Positions 1 through 7,187 of a DNA stretch of 23,078 bases are shown piece after piece. A program made the position numbers and the translations under genes. Below the pieces are notes generated by a model that saw nothing but the letters and a program-made list of their open reading frames with translations, did not search any database and had not been told where the DNA came from. Source of the DNA: an uncultured Candidatus Saccharibacteria bacterium (lineage in GTDB: Bacteria > Patescibacteriota > Minisyncoccia > Phycocordibacterales > Phycocordibacteraceae); contig CAZHSZ010000012.1 of NCBI GenBank assembly GCA_964535425.1, forward strand, positions 1-23,078, written 5' to 3'. Position 1 is the first letter of the stretch, and every line of letters starts with the position of its first letter.

Positions 1-120
1 CTCCGCAAGCTAGCGTCCTATCCATTGAACGACGAGAGCATATTCGCACGTGCCCGCCTTTGAGACAGAAGGGCAATGTTCCTGACTCTATCGTCAGTCG
101 CCCCGCTTCGCAAGCGCGAG

Positions 121-594
121 CTAAAGCTTGAACAGTTCGACCACGCGGTCGAGAACCGACTCATCATGCCGCCCTTCGGGGAGATGGAGCGATACGTACT
201 CGTAGATTTCCACCGGATCATGCCCGACAATCGGGATGAGAATGTGCGGCGCAAGCAGCTGCTTCGTCTTTATCGAAAGGGAAGGAGGGAGCGTCTCGTC
301 CACGTATTCGAGCACGGAAAAATGAAGCATGCTTTCAAACGGGTACAGGTTGTTATCTATCGAAACTCCGTCTTCGTAGATGGCGAAGCGGTGCACACGC
401 GTGCGCTTTGCGGCCGCAATAGCGATGGAGACTGCGGCGGCCACGATGACCAGCCCGAGAAGTATGTTGCCGAAGAGTACGGACGCGATGGATCCTGCGG
501 TAGCAATGATGCCAAGCGCCCAATACCAGTCGGCGTTTTTTTCTTCGAAGCGATACTCTCGCCCTTCCCATTCAAATAGTGGGGCACGACGCAT
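121..594 (-). CDS. hypothetical membrane protein, two predicted TM helices
   Basis: 157-aa ORF with the hydrophobic stretch WYWALGIIATAGSIASVLFGNILLGLVIVAAAVSIAIAAA. A TATTAT box lies 6 nt upstream of the ATG. The overlapping ORFs in other frames look like shadow ORFs. Confidence 0.6.
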   Translation of the reverse strand: MRRAPLFEWEGREYRFEEKNADWYWALGIIATAGSIASVLFGNILLGLVIVAAAVSIAIAAAKRTRVHRFAIYEDGVSIDNNLYPFESMLHFSVLEYVDETLPPSLSIKTKQLLAPHILIPIVGHDPVEIYEYVSLHLPEGRHDESVLDRVVELFKL

Positions 595-600
595 ACGAAT

Positions 601-606
601 ATAATA
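601..606 (-). promoter_or_regulatory. -10-like box TATTAT, 6-nt spacer to ATG at 594
   Basis: The reverse complement of ataata at 601-606 is TATTAT. No SD-like purine run lies between the box and the ATG. Confidence 0.4.
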
Positions 607-639
607 GCACCAACAAATACAAGAACTTCAAACTTTTAG

Positions 640-724
640 CGGAGGAGGTGAGATTCGAACTCACGGTACCTTGCGGTACTCTTGTTTTCAAGACAAGTGC
701 GATAGACCACTCTGCCACTCCTCC
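640..724 (-). tRNA. tRNA-Ser (anticodon UGA), long variable arm, no encoded CCA
   Basis: The minus strand reads GGAGGAG...CTTGT-CTTGAAA-ACAAG...GTGAG-TTCGAAT-CTCAC-CTCCTCC-G. It folds as a cloverleaf with a 17-nt variable arm. Confidence 0.9.
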
Positions 725-730
725 TTACGT

Positions 731-1108
731 CTAGCCTAAAACCTTCTCAATTCTGTCTCTGTCCTGAGGCGTAATGGTACTTCTGTTTGATAAGTCGTCT
801 CGGATTAGGAACTCTTTTCCGTCTTGACCAAGAACATACAACCAATCAAAAGCATTTTTCTTTATTTTCTTCACCACGTATCCTTTCGAATTAGAGTGAA
901 TACGTCTTAACCCCACCTCTTTGCCAGAACAGAACCTAACCTGCACTCTATACAATTTTTGTCCTCTGTCCACTGCAATATCGTATGCTGCCGACTCAGT
1001 GAGGGGGAAAAGCACATCCATTCCTAGTCTTGTAAAAGTTGCGATTGCCTGAGCAACCGCGAAATCTCCTTTCTTCTGCGTTGCTCTGTGTTGGTTTGGT
1101 CGCTCCAT
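731..1108 (-). CDS. PD-(D/E)XK endonuclease-like protein, resembling the family that contains the group I intron endonuclease I-Ssp6803I
   Basis: 125 aa from the internal ATG at 1108. The motif GDFAVAQAIATFTRLGMDVLFPLTESAAYDIAVDRGQKLYRVQVRF matches the G..aE...G..V..P....YD(l/i)..d....rVQVK pattern as I recall it. A perfect TATAAT lies 6 nt upstream of ATG 1108. GC is about 40% by hand count. Confidence 0.55.
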   Translation of the reverse strand: MERPNQHRATQKKGDFAVAQAIATFTRLGMDVLFPLTESAAYDIAVDRGQKLYRVQVRFCSGKEVGLRRIHSNSKGYVVKKIKKNAFDWLYVLGQDGKEFLIRDDLSNRSTITPQDRDRIEKVLG

Positions 1109-1114
1109 ACGTTT

Positions 1115-1120
1115 ATTATA
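1115..1120 (-). promoter_or_regulatory. -10 box TATAAT, 6-nt spacer to ATG at 1108
   Basis: The reverse complement of attata at 1115-1120 is TATAAT. Confidence 0.45.
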
Positions 1121-1175
1121 ACAGTAGGGGCAACAGGGAATGGTACTTAATGTGGAAACAAAGCCACTTCGCTTC

Positions 1176-1529
1176 CTACGATGCACTTTTATCCTTAGAA
1201 GATTCTTCGTACGCTAGAGGATTTTTCATATCTTTCAAGAAAGGGTACAGCTCATCCGGACCCACCTTGTTATTGTCCTTGCGGAACCAGGCGAGGTAGA
1301 TGATTTCAAGGACGCCTACCGTGTTCACGAGGAGGAGCGCAATCATCCAGAGACGCTGCTTGTTTCGCGCCGCATGCCACACGGCAAGCGTCTTCCAGGC
1401 AAGCGACCAGACCGCGATGACGATGAACAGGACCGCAATCAGCACGGTACCGAACCCGAATGCGCTGCCGGAAGCGCCGAGAAAGAGGTTATCCGAGAAA
1501 GGGGTCCACATATAAAGGGAGAATACCAT
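1176..1529 (-). CDS. small membrane protein, DUF5652-like
   Basis: 117-aa ORF containing WKTLAVWHAARNKQRLWMIALLLVNTVGVLEIIYLAWF, which resembles the DUF5652 signature common in CPR genomes. The start is uncertain: ATG 1529, or ATG 1511 preceded by TATTCT. Confidence 0.6.
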   Translation of the reverse strand: MVFSLYMWTPFSDNLFLGASGSAFGFGTVLIAVLFIVIAVWSLAWKTLAVWHAARNKQRLWMIALLLVNTVGVLEIIYLAWFRKDNNKVGPDELYPFLKDMKNPLAYEESSKDKSAS

Positions 1530-1546
1530 ATGCCCTTATTTGTTGG

Positions 1547-1552
1547 TACGAT
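1547..1552 (+). promoter_or_regulatory. -10-like box TACGAT, 7-nt spacer to ATG at 1560
   Basis: The sequence reads ggTACGATagcgtttATG. Confidence 0.35.
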
Positions 1553-1559
1553 AGCGTTT

Positions 1560-1988
1560 ATGCGCCACCTCGGCATCGATTACGGTACTAAAAAAGTCGG
1601 ACTCGCCCTTTCGGACGAGGCCGGGACCATGGGTTTTCCTCACAGCATCCTTAAAAATGACGACATGCTTCTCGCGACGGTCCGCGAACTTATTGAAAAG
1701 GAACGCGTAGGGGTAATCGTGGTAGGGGACTCGTTGAATTTCAATGGCGAGCCTAATGCGGTAGCCGAAGCGGCCCGTACGTTCGGGAAAAGCATCGGGG
1801 AAGCGACCGGACTCCCGGTATTCTTCGAGCAGGAATTATTTACGACGCAGGAAGCGCGCCGCGGCCTCGACGGCCTGCATCCCGGGCACGTATCCGACAG
1901 CGCTCGAAAAACCGCAAAGAAGGATGCGGAACCAGTCGACGCTTCCGCCGCTGCGCTTATACTTACCAGCTATCTTTCCCGCATATGA
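1560..1988 (+). CDS. ruvX: Holliday junction resolvase-like nuclease RuvX/YqgF
   Basis: The N-terminus MRHLGIDYGTKKVGLALSD is the YqgF signature. An alternative start at 1530 would add 10 aa. The ORF-track start at 1374 is an upstream extension that overlaps the divergent gene. Confidence 0.85.
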   Translation: MRHLGIDYGTKKVGLALSDEAGTMGFPHSILKNDDMLLATVRELIEKERVGVIVVGDSLNFNGEPNAVAEAARTFGKSIGEATGLPVFFEQELFTTQEARRGLDGLHPGHVSDSARKTAKKDAEPVDASAAALILTSYLSRI

Positions 1989-2329
1989 TTTCCATCGATG
2001 AGTTTAGCAAGATAGAAGTGCGGGTAGGTACCGTTATAAGTGCTGAGCGCGTACCGGAGACCGACAAGCTTCTCAAGTGCATCGTTGATTTCGGTGAAGT
2101 CGATGCCGAAGGAGTAGCGAAACCCCGCACGATTGTGTCCGGTATTGCGGCTTACGTGGAAGATCCCGGTACGCTTGTCGGGCGCCAGCTTGCGTACGTG
2201 ACCAATCTCGAACCGAGAACCATAAAGGGTATCGAGTCGAACGGCATGCTCTTTGCAGTGGGCGAGGGCGAGACGTTCGCATTCCTTACTCCGGACCGGC
2301 CGGTTCCTCCCGGTACGAGCGCCCACTAA
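1985..2329 (+). CDS. tRNA-binding domain protein, CsaA / EMAP-II-like OB fold
   Basis: 114 aa with FSKIEVRVGTVISAERVPETDKLLKCIVDFGE, typical of the tRNA-binding domain. It overlaps ruvX by ATGA. Confidence 0.8.
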   Translation: MISIDEFSKIEVRVGTVISAERVPETDKLLKCIVDFGEVDAEGVAKPRTIVSGIAAYVEDPGTLVGRQLAYVTNLEPRTIKGIESNGMLFAVGEGETFAFLTPDRPVPPGTSAH

Positions 2330-2362
2330 CAGTTTTTGCACACGTCGCGCCTCGCAAGGCGC

Positions 2363-2368
2363 TATACT
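2363..2368 (+). promoter_or_regulatory. -10 box TATACT, 7-nt spacer to pilM ATG at 2376
   Basis: The sequence reads gcTATACTtatccgtATG, with no SD. Confidence 0.45.
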
Positions 2369-2375
2369 TATCCGT

Positions 2376-3458
2376 ATGAACGCTCTTTCGCGCTTTCTGC
2401 GCGTTGAACTGCCGCCTCCTTCCTATATCGCGCTTAGCACGGTCGGTATCGACATCTCCACGAGCGGCATCAAGATAGCGCGGCTTGCTGAAAAGTCTGC
2501 GGGCCTTGAGCTTGCCGACTACGGCGAGTACCCGCTTCCTGCGGGAACGGTGGTTGGAGGAGAGATACGCGATGCCGCCGCGGTGGTTGAAGGACTCAAG
2601 GCTCTTTCGAAAAAGCACCACATAAAGATAGCCAACTTCGGTTTGCCGGAGTCCCGCGGATACTTGTTTGAAGCGGAAGTTCCCGAGGGAACGCTCGACG
2701 ATGCCAAGGTTGCCGTAGAGCGCCGCCTCGACGAGTACGTGCCGCTTCCTGCCGCTGAAGTCGCGTTTGCCGTAGCACGTCTTCCGAAAACGGGGGAGAA
2801 GTCGCGTGTCGTGGGTGCAGGATACTCGCACCGGGTGCTCGACGAATCGCTCCAGGCGCTCGACGAAGCAGGCATCGTCACGCGCGCGATTGAAAGCGAG
2901 ACGTTTGCGCTCCCGCGCGCGCTCCTTAGGAGTGGGGAAGAGGAGACGGTACTCATCATCGACATCGGCAAGACTACGACCAAGCTCCTGGTCGCCACAA
3001 ACCGTCTTCCGCGCTACGTGACGACGCTTGATATCGGCGGCCATGCGCTCACCCTCGCGGTCGCAAAGCACTTCGGCGTCACCGAAGAGGAGGCGAAGCG
3101 GGTAAAGGCGGAGCGCGGCATTGTTGCCGGAAGCGGAAACGAAGAGTATCTCGCGACCATGCTTTCCACGGTGTCCGTTATCCGCGAGGAAATCGCGAAG
3201 CGCCTCGAGTATTGGCAATCGCGCAAGGAAGAAGGGGAGACGCATGACGCCGTTACGCGCGCGATACTCGTAGGCGGGAACGCGACCGTGCTCGGCCTTC
3301 CCGAATACCTGCAGACGGCGCTCAAGGTGCCGGTCGAGCTTGGCGACGTGTTTGCGAACTTCGCCTCGCGCGATGCGTGGCTGCCACCGCTTGAGTACAC
3401 GGAGTCGCTCGCGTATGGGACTGCGATTGGCCTTGCGCTACGAGAATATGTCGTCTGA
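2376..3458 (+). CDS. pilM: type IV pilus assembly protein PilM, actin-like ATPase fold
   Basis: 360 aa with an N-terminal VGIDISTSGIKIARL phosphate-binding-like motif and an FtsA/PilM-like layout. It is followed by a PilN-like gene carrying the NLLP motif. Confidence 0.8.
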   Translation: MNALSRFLRVELPPPSYIALSTVGIDISTSGIKIARLAEKSAGLELADYGEYPLPAGTVVGGEIRDAAAVVEGLKALSKKHHIKIANFGLPESRGYLFEAEVPEGTLDDAKVAVERRLDEYVPLPAAEVAFAVARLPKTGEKSRVVGAGYSHRVLDESLQALDEAGIVTRAIESETFALPRALLRSGEEETVLIIDIGKTTTKLLVATNRLPRYVTTLDIGGHALTLAVAKHFGVTEEEAKRVKAERGIVAGSGNEEYLATMLSTVSVIREEIAKRLEYWQSRKEEGETHDAVTRAILVGGNATVLGLPEYLQTALKVPVELGDVFANFASRDAWLPPLEYTESLAYGTAIGLALREYVV

Positions 3459-4002
3459 ACTTACGAATCTTTTGCCGAATGAGCGGATACGCGCCTTCAG
3501 GCGTGACTACTTCTTCAGACTCTTTACGGTTGTCGCGCTCGTCGTGGCCGTGGCTATCGGCGTGCACGGGGCGCTGCTTGCGCCCTCGTATCTCTATTTG
3601 CATCAAACGGTTTCGCTCGACCGCCTACGCCTGAGCGAACTCTCGGATACGCTTGCCGCCTCAGAAGAGGCCGAGATGCAGGCGCGACTGACCCGCCTTA
3701 AGAGTGATTCTGAGCGTCTGCTCGCGCTCTCCTCCTCGCCCTCGGCTACCAAGGTCATCCGCGCGCTTCTTGAGGTGCCGCATGCGGGGATTATCGTCAC
3801 CGCAATCTCATTCAAGTCCCCGTCTCCGGACGGTCGCCTTACCATTACCGGGATGGCAAAAACCCGCGAGTCGCTCCGCCAATACCATCTCGCGCTCTCT
3901 TCGCTTACGTTTGCGAAAAGCGCGGAACTTCCGCTCTCGGCCTACGCGAAGGAAAGCGATATTCCGTTTACCATTACGCTTACGGGCCCGCTCACGCCAT
4001 GA
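3448..4002 (+). CDS. pilN: PilN-like pilus assembly protein
   Basis: 184 aa. The N-terminus LTNLLPNERIRAF matches the conserved PilN INLLP motif that binds PilM and is followed by a single TM helix. It overlaps the pilM stop by 11 nt. Confidence 0.6.
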   Translation: MSSELTNLLPNERIRAFRRDYFFRLFTVVALVVAVAIGVHGALLAPSYLYLHQTVSLDRLRLSELSDTLAASEEAEMQARLTRLKSDSERLLALSSSPSATKVIRALLEVPHAGIIVTAISFKSPSPDGRLTITGMAKTRESLRQYHLALSSLTFAKSAELPLSAYAKESDIPFTITLTGPLTP

Positions 4003-4514
4003 AAAAAGGACCCGCACTTACGCTGATACTTTCAATACTCGTCGCGCTCGGAGCGCTTGGCGGCTACCTGTTCTGGTATTACCTGATGCAGGGATTGCGT
4101 GCCGAAAGCGCGCAGCTTGAAGCCGATATCCTCGCGAAAGAAGGGGAGCGCGGCCGCGCGGCATCAGCGCGCACCTCTGAGGACGACCTGCTCGCGCAAG
4201 AGAACTTCATCGCGTCCCACTTGGTGAAGACGGCCGACATCGTGTTGTTCCTTGAAAGAATCGAAGGCACCGGCAAGGCGTTTGGCGCTACCGTGCAGGT
4301 AGCCTCCCTGTCGGGTGAGGGGAAGACCTCGAACGGAAAAATATCCCTCTCACTTTCAATTACGGGAACGTTCGACGCCGTTATGCGCACGCTAGGCTCC
4401 ATAGAGAACGGACCGTATGCGAACATGGTGAGCGACCTCACGCTCGACACGCCGGACAAAGGCCAGACGTGGAGCGCTACCGGAGTGTTCGTAGTCGGAA
4501 CGGAACTGAAATAA
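3999..4514 (+). CDS. PilO-like pilus assembly protein
   Basis: 171 aa with an N-terminal TM helix, a coiled-coil segment and a C-terminal domain. It has an ATGA overlap with pilN. The call rests on position and architecture, not on strong motifs. Confidence 0.5.
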   Translation: MKKGPALTLILSILVALGALGGYLFWYYLMQGLRAESAQLEADILAKEGERGRAASARTSEDDLLAQENFIASHLVKTADIVLFLERIEGTGKAFGATVQVASLSGEGKTSNGKISLSLSITGTFDAVMRTLGSIENGPYANMVSDLTLDTPDKGQTWSATGVFVVGTELK

Positions 4515-4515
4515 T

Positions 4516-4827
4516 ATGGACCCGCTCAAAAAAATCACCGCATCGCTCCAAAGCTTCCTGAAACCGCAGGGAACGAAGCGGCTGAACCCGGCGCGCGACT
4601 GGATGTTCGTGCTTGCTTGCGGCCTCGCGCTTATCCTTGCGAGTATGCTCTGGAACGCATGGTTCTTTTTTGCGGTCCTCACTGAGGATAAAACCATACA
4701 GACGCCTGCGGCTCCCCAGGAAGTGGATGCAAGCTCATTCCAAAAGGCGCAAGAGCTCTTTCAGAAGAGGGAAGCTGAAGAGGCACGGTATAAAACGGAA
4801 TACCGCTTTGTTGACCCATCGCATTAA
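4516..4827 (+). CDS. small single-TM protein, fourth gene of the pil operon
   Basis: 103-aa ORF starting 1 nt after the PilO stop, with the TM segment WMFVLACGLALILASMLWNAWFFFAVL. Confidence 0.5.
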   Translation: MDPLKKITASLQSFLKPQGTKRLNPARDWMFVLACGLALILASMLWNAWFFFAVLTEDKTIQTPAAPQEVDASSFQKAQELFQKREAEEARYKTEYRFVDPSH

Positions 4828-4845
4828 GCTCGTAAGAACGAGCTT
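4826..4845 (+). terminator. weak hairpin at the end of the pil operon
   Basis: The hairpin aagctcgt-aaga-acgagctt has an 8-bp stem overlapping the stop codon. There is no T tail. Confidence 0.3.
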
Positions 4846-4919
4846 GCTACCTGCGTTCGCTCGAATACCTATCTGAAGCAGATATGTATTTCTCACTCAC
4901 TTGGTAGTAAGGTATTTGG

Positions 4920-4991
4920 GCCTCCATAGCTCAATGGATAGAGCTGCGGACTTCTAAGCCGTCGATCTTGGTTCGATTCCAGGTGGAGGCA
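4920..4991 (+). tRNA. tRNA-Arg (anticodon UCU)
   Basis: Acceptor gcctcca/tggaggc, anticodon loop cTTCTaa and T arm cttgg-ttcgatt-ccagg. One mismatch closes the anticodon stem. Confidence 0.85.
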
Positions 4992-5004
4992 CACGCAAAA
5001 ACAT

Positions 5005-5089
5005 GGGCATGTGGCGGAACTGGTATACGCTGTCGTCTCAGAAGCGGCTGGAGCAATCCATGGGAGTTCGACTCTCCCCATGCCCACCA
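5005..5089 (+). tRNA. tRNA-Leu (anticodon CAG) with encoded CCA
   Basis: Acceptor gggcatg/catgccc, anticodon loop ctCAGaa, long variable arm and T arm gggag-ttcgact-ctccc. The 3' end reads a-CCA. Confidence 0.9.
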
Positions 5090-5094
5090 CCAAA

Positions 5095-5126
5095 GCAAGC
5101 ACCTCCGGAACATCGGAGGTGCTTGC
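5095..5126. terminator. bidirectional hairpin terminator between tRNA-Leu(CAG) and the convergent 81-aa gene
   Basis: The hairpin gcaagcacctccg-gaacat-cggaggtgcttgc has a perfect 13-bp stem. Confidence 0.7.
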
Positions 5127-5148
5127 ATCTATTTCGTAAGAACCGCTT

Positions 5149-5394
5149 TCAAGTGGACCCCTCCATTTCTTTTTCGAGGAGCTCGAGCTGCTCCTCGTAT
5201 CCTGTAAGAGACTCAAGCTCCTTCCGCAGATTCCCTCCTATGCGGTCGAAAAGGGCATACAGTGAAACGTAGTCGTTCTCGGAAAGTTCTTCTTCCGGGC
5301 TTTTTGCGCGCAAAGCGGCTACTTCCGGCTCGTCCAAAAGGCTCCGGTAGTCGGCGTCGGCATCGAGTCGATTCGTTAATTCCCGTACGGTCAT
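5149..5394 (-). CDS. small acidic hypothetical protein (81 aa)
   Basis: The ORF is coupled by an ATGA overlap to the upstream 417-aa gene. It is Glu/Asp/Leu-rich and I recognise no motif. Confidence 0.5.
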   Translation of the reverse strand: MTVRELTNRLDADADYRSLLDEPEVAALRAKSPEEELSENDYVSLYALFDRIGGNLRKELESLTGYEEQLELLEKEMEGST

Positions 5395-6644
5395 GCAGGT
5401 ACTTCTTCCGTAGCCACGGCACCGTACCGAACGAGTTCTTCTTCAAGTGCGCGGATTACGCGCGCTACCTGTGCTGGCTTGATGAAGCTGTGGCGCGTGT
5501 CGGCAGGCACGTTCTGGTAGCGGTACTTTTCTACGGTTCTATACGGCTGATACAGGACCGCTGATAAGTGAATGCGTACGTCAGGCGGCATTGAAAGTCC
5601 GAGCAGGAGCGTCTCTACGTCGTAGAGGCGGGGCCTGCGCCCGAGCTGCCCGATGTTTTTGCTGCTTTTTATCTTGGCGTTCAGTTGCGTTTCGCTTTCG
5701 AACAGTTCCGCCTGTGGCAACAAGCGATTAAGGAGCTCCTCTCTCGCCATACGCATTCCCATATACTCGCGCTGGTCGCGCTCCTTGTTCGGATTCAGCC
5801 CTCTCTGAAGCTGCTTTATGTCAGCGTCGAGTTCTTCAAGCTTTCTCCGGCCCTCGATTTTCTTCAAGCGGACGCGATGCACGAGATCTGAGAACTTCTC
5901 CCGCTGCGCTATGAGCCGCTCGCGCTCAAGTACGCGCGTACGCGGCAAGTCGCCGTGCACCTCAGCCTTTTCGGCAGTTTTTCGAGCGCGTTCGAGCGTA
6001 CGTTGTTCTTTAGTGACGCGGGTTGACTCATGCGCCATAGTCTTTCGAAGCGATTCTGAAGCGTCAATAAGATCCCTTAGTGCCGCGAGGCCAGCATCGC
6101 TCTTGAACTCCTCGTCCTCTATCGCTCCGCCCCGCTCCTTCGCCTTCGCCGCAAGCGTGCGGTGAGTGAGTGCCTCGAGTGAGTCAAGTTGCATATCTAC
6201 CGACTCAAAATCCAAAGGATCCTTCGTCGAAAGAGCATGAGATTCAAATGAGGGAATCGAAGCGACAATTTCGTTTATACGAAGTATTTCGTCATGTACG
6301 TGGCGGCGGGCGGTATCGAGCGCAAGCGGTATCTTTTCGGTAGCATCTGCTACGGCGCCGCGCGCTTTCTCAAGTCGTCCTTCCGCGCGCGCTGCGGTCT
6401 TTGCGCCGCCCTTGGATTGCAGGTATTCGTACTCCTGTCTCTCCCAACGCGCGCGAAGCGCAAGTAAGCCGCGGTCCATCCAGGGGAGTACGGTTACGGT
6501 CAGTACCGCGGAAGTCAGACTCTCCTCAATCACCTGAAGACCATCGGCAATTTCTCGTCCGAAATGTTCGATACCCTTTACTCCCGCAAGAGCCCTTCGC
6601 CCGGTACGTACTAAGAAACCGTCTTTGGGTTGACCTTCTTTCAT
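5391..6644 (-). CDS. hypothetical coiled-coil-rich protein (417 aa)
   Basis: Long ORF with coding-like composition. The central 250 aa are highly charged with heptad-like R/E/K/L runs. I recognise no catalytic motif. TATACT lies 7 nt upstream of the ATG. Confidence 0.65.
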   Translation of the reverse strand: MKEGQPKDGFLVRTGRRALAGVKGIEHFGREIADGLQVIEESLTSAVLTVTVLPWMDRGLLALRARWERQEYEYLQSKGGAKTAARAEGRLEKARGAVADATEKIPLALDTARRHVHDEILRINEIVASIPSFESHALSTKDPLDFESVDMQLDSLEALTHRTLAAKAKERGGAIEDEEFKSDAGLAALRDLIDASESLRKTMAHESTRVTKEQRTLERARKTAEKAEVHGDLPRTRVLERERLIAQREKFSDLVHRVRLKKIEGRRKLEELDADIKQLQRGLNPNKERDQREYMGMRMAREELLNRLLPQAELFESETQLNAKIKSSKNIGQLGRRPRLYDVETLLLGLSMPPDVRIHLSAVLYQPYRTVEKYRYQNVPADTRHSFIKPAQVARVIRALEEELVRYGAVATEEVPA

Positions 6645-6651
6645 AGCTAAA

Positions 6652-6657
6652 AGTATA
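6652..6657 (-). promoter_or_regulatory. -10 box TATACT, 7-nt spacer to ATG at 6644
   Basis: The minus strand reads ggTATACTtttagctATG. Confidence 0.45.
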
Positions 6658-6673
6658 CCCGAAACATATCGCG

Positions 6674-6720
6674 GTGGCGCTGGGGCTCGACTAACCGCCC
6701 GTGCTTTTCTTAGCGCCCAA
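6674..6720 (-). other. tRNA-like minihelix or degenerate tRNA fragment downstream of tRNA-Val
   Basis: The minus strand reads ttGGCGCT-aagaaaagcac-GGGC-ggttagtcga-GCCC-c-AGCGCC-ac. The acceptor-like stem equals that of tRNA-Val (gggcgct/agcgccc), and tcgagcccca equals tRNA-His 10516-10525. Confidence 0.45.
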
Positions 6721-6725
6721 AAGCG

Positions 6726-6751
6726 AAAATCCTAGCTTACGCTAGGATTTT
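6726..6751 (-). terminator. hairpin terminator of tRNA-Val
   Basis: The hairpin aaaatcctagc-ttac-gctaggatttt has an 11-bp stem. On the minus strand it is followed by cgcTTTTg. Confidence 0.7.
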
Positions 6752-6759
6752 CGTCTTTG

Positions 6760-6832
6760 TGGGCGCTAGAGGACTCGAACCTCTGACCTGCCCGGTGTAA
6801 ACGGGATGCTCTACCAACTGAGCTAAGCGCCC
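6760..6832 (-). tRNA. tRNA-Val (anticodon UAC)
   Basis: The minus strand reads GGGCGCTTAGCTCAGTTGGTAGAGC...ttTACac...AGAGG-TTCGAGT-CCTCT-AGCGCCC-A. Confidence 0.9.
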
Positions 6833-6911
6833 GAACAGAACTAAATAAGCTGAGGAACAAAACAGCCCTGTAGGTAAGAAGATACCCGAAATAGTGTATT
6901 TTTAAAAGCCT

Positions 6912-7187
6912 ATGGAACGACTCGAGGCATTAGCGTCCGGAAGGGTACAAATGGTGATGTATCGGGACTTCGCGCAAAGGAAGGCGCGTGGGTTGCGGTT
7001 GGTAGGTGAAGTACAGAATCTAAAAGATGGAACGGTGCGGGTGGTGGCGGAAGGTCCTCGCGCAAACCTGGAGGTCTATGTCGAAAAACTGAAAAAAGGC
7101 CCGCTCCTTGCGCGTGTCGAAGGCGTGCGCGCAGACTTCAGAGAAGCGGCGGGAGGGTATACTGACTTTTCTATACGCTATGACTGA
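6912..7187 (+). CDS. acyP: acylphosphatase
   Basis: 91 aa. The pattern GRVQMVMYRDFAQRKARGLRLVGEVQNLKDGTVRVVAEGP matches the acylphosphatase GRVQGVGFR...G.V.N..DG.V motif. Confidence 0.8.
   Translation: MERLEALASGRVQMVMYRDFAQRKARGLRLVGEVQNLKDGTVRVVAEGPRANLEVYVEKLKKGPLLARVEGVRADFREAAGGYTDFSIRYD

Noticed and set aside
1-63. A possible 3' end of a plus-strand gene running in from the left edge (frame 1 open to TGA at 61-63), and a possible minus-strand ATG at 25 running off the edge
   Set aside because: With 8-20 codons visible there is no motif and no way to choose between the alternatives.
1374-1559. Upstream extensions of ORF-track entries: 1374 for ruvX, 2253 for pilM, 3340 for pilN, 7108 for uppS, 10123 and 10686 for the DUF2061-like gene and mscL, 11161 and 11792, 14286 for nusG, and 19339 for glyA
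   Set aside because: The extensions overlap neighbouring genes, tRNA-linked elements or terminators, and they add non-homologous Arg/Pro-rich N-termini. The internal ATGs match the known family N-termini and have the TANNNT box or a coupling overlap.
6651-6895. Direct repeat aag(t)atacccgaaa at 6651-6664 and 6879-6891 flanking the tRNA-Val region, as possible target-site duplication or att sites
   Set aside because: Only about 10 nt match exactly. Matches of that length are expected several times by chance in 23 kb, and no integrase or transposase lies between or nearby.
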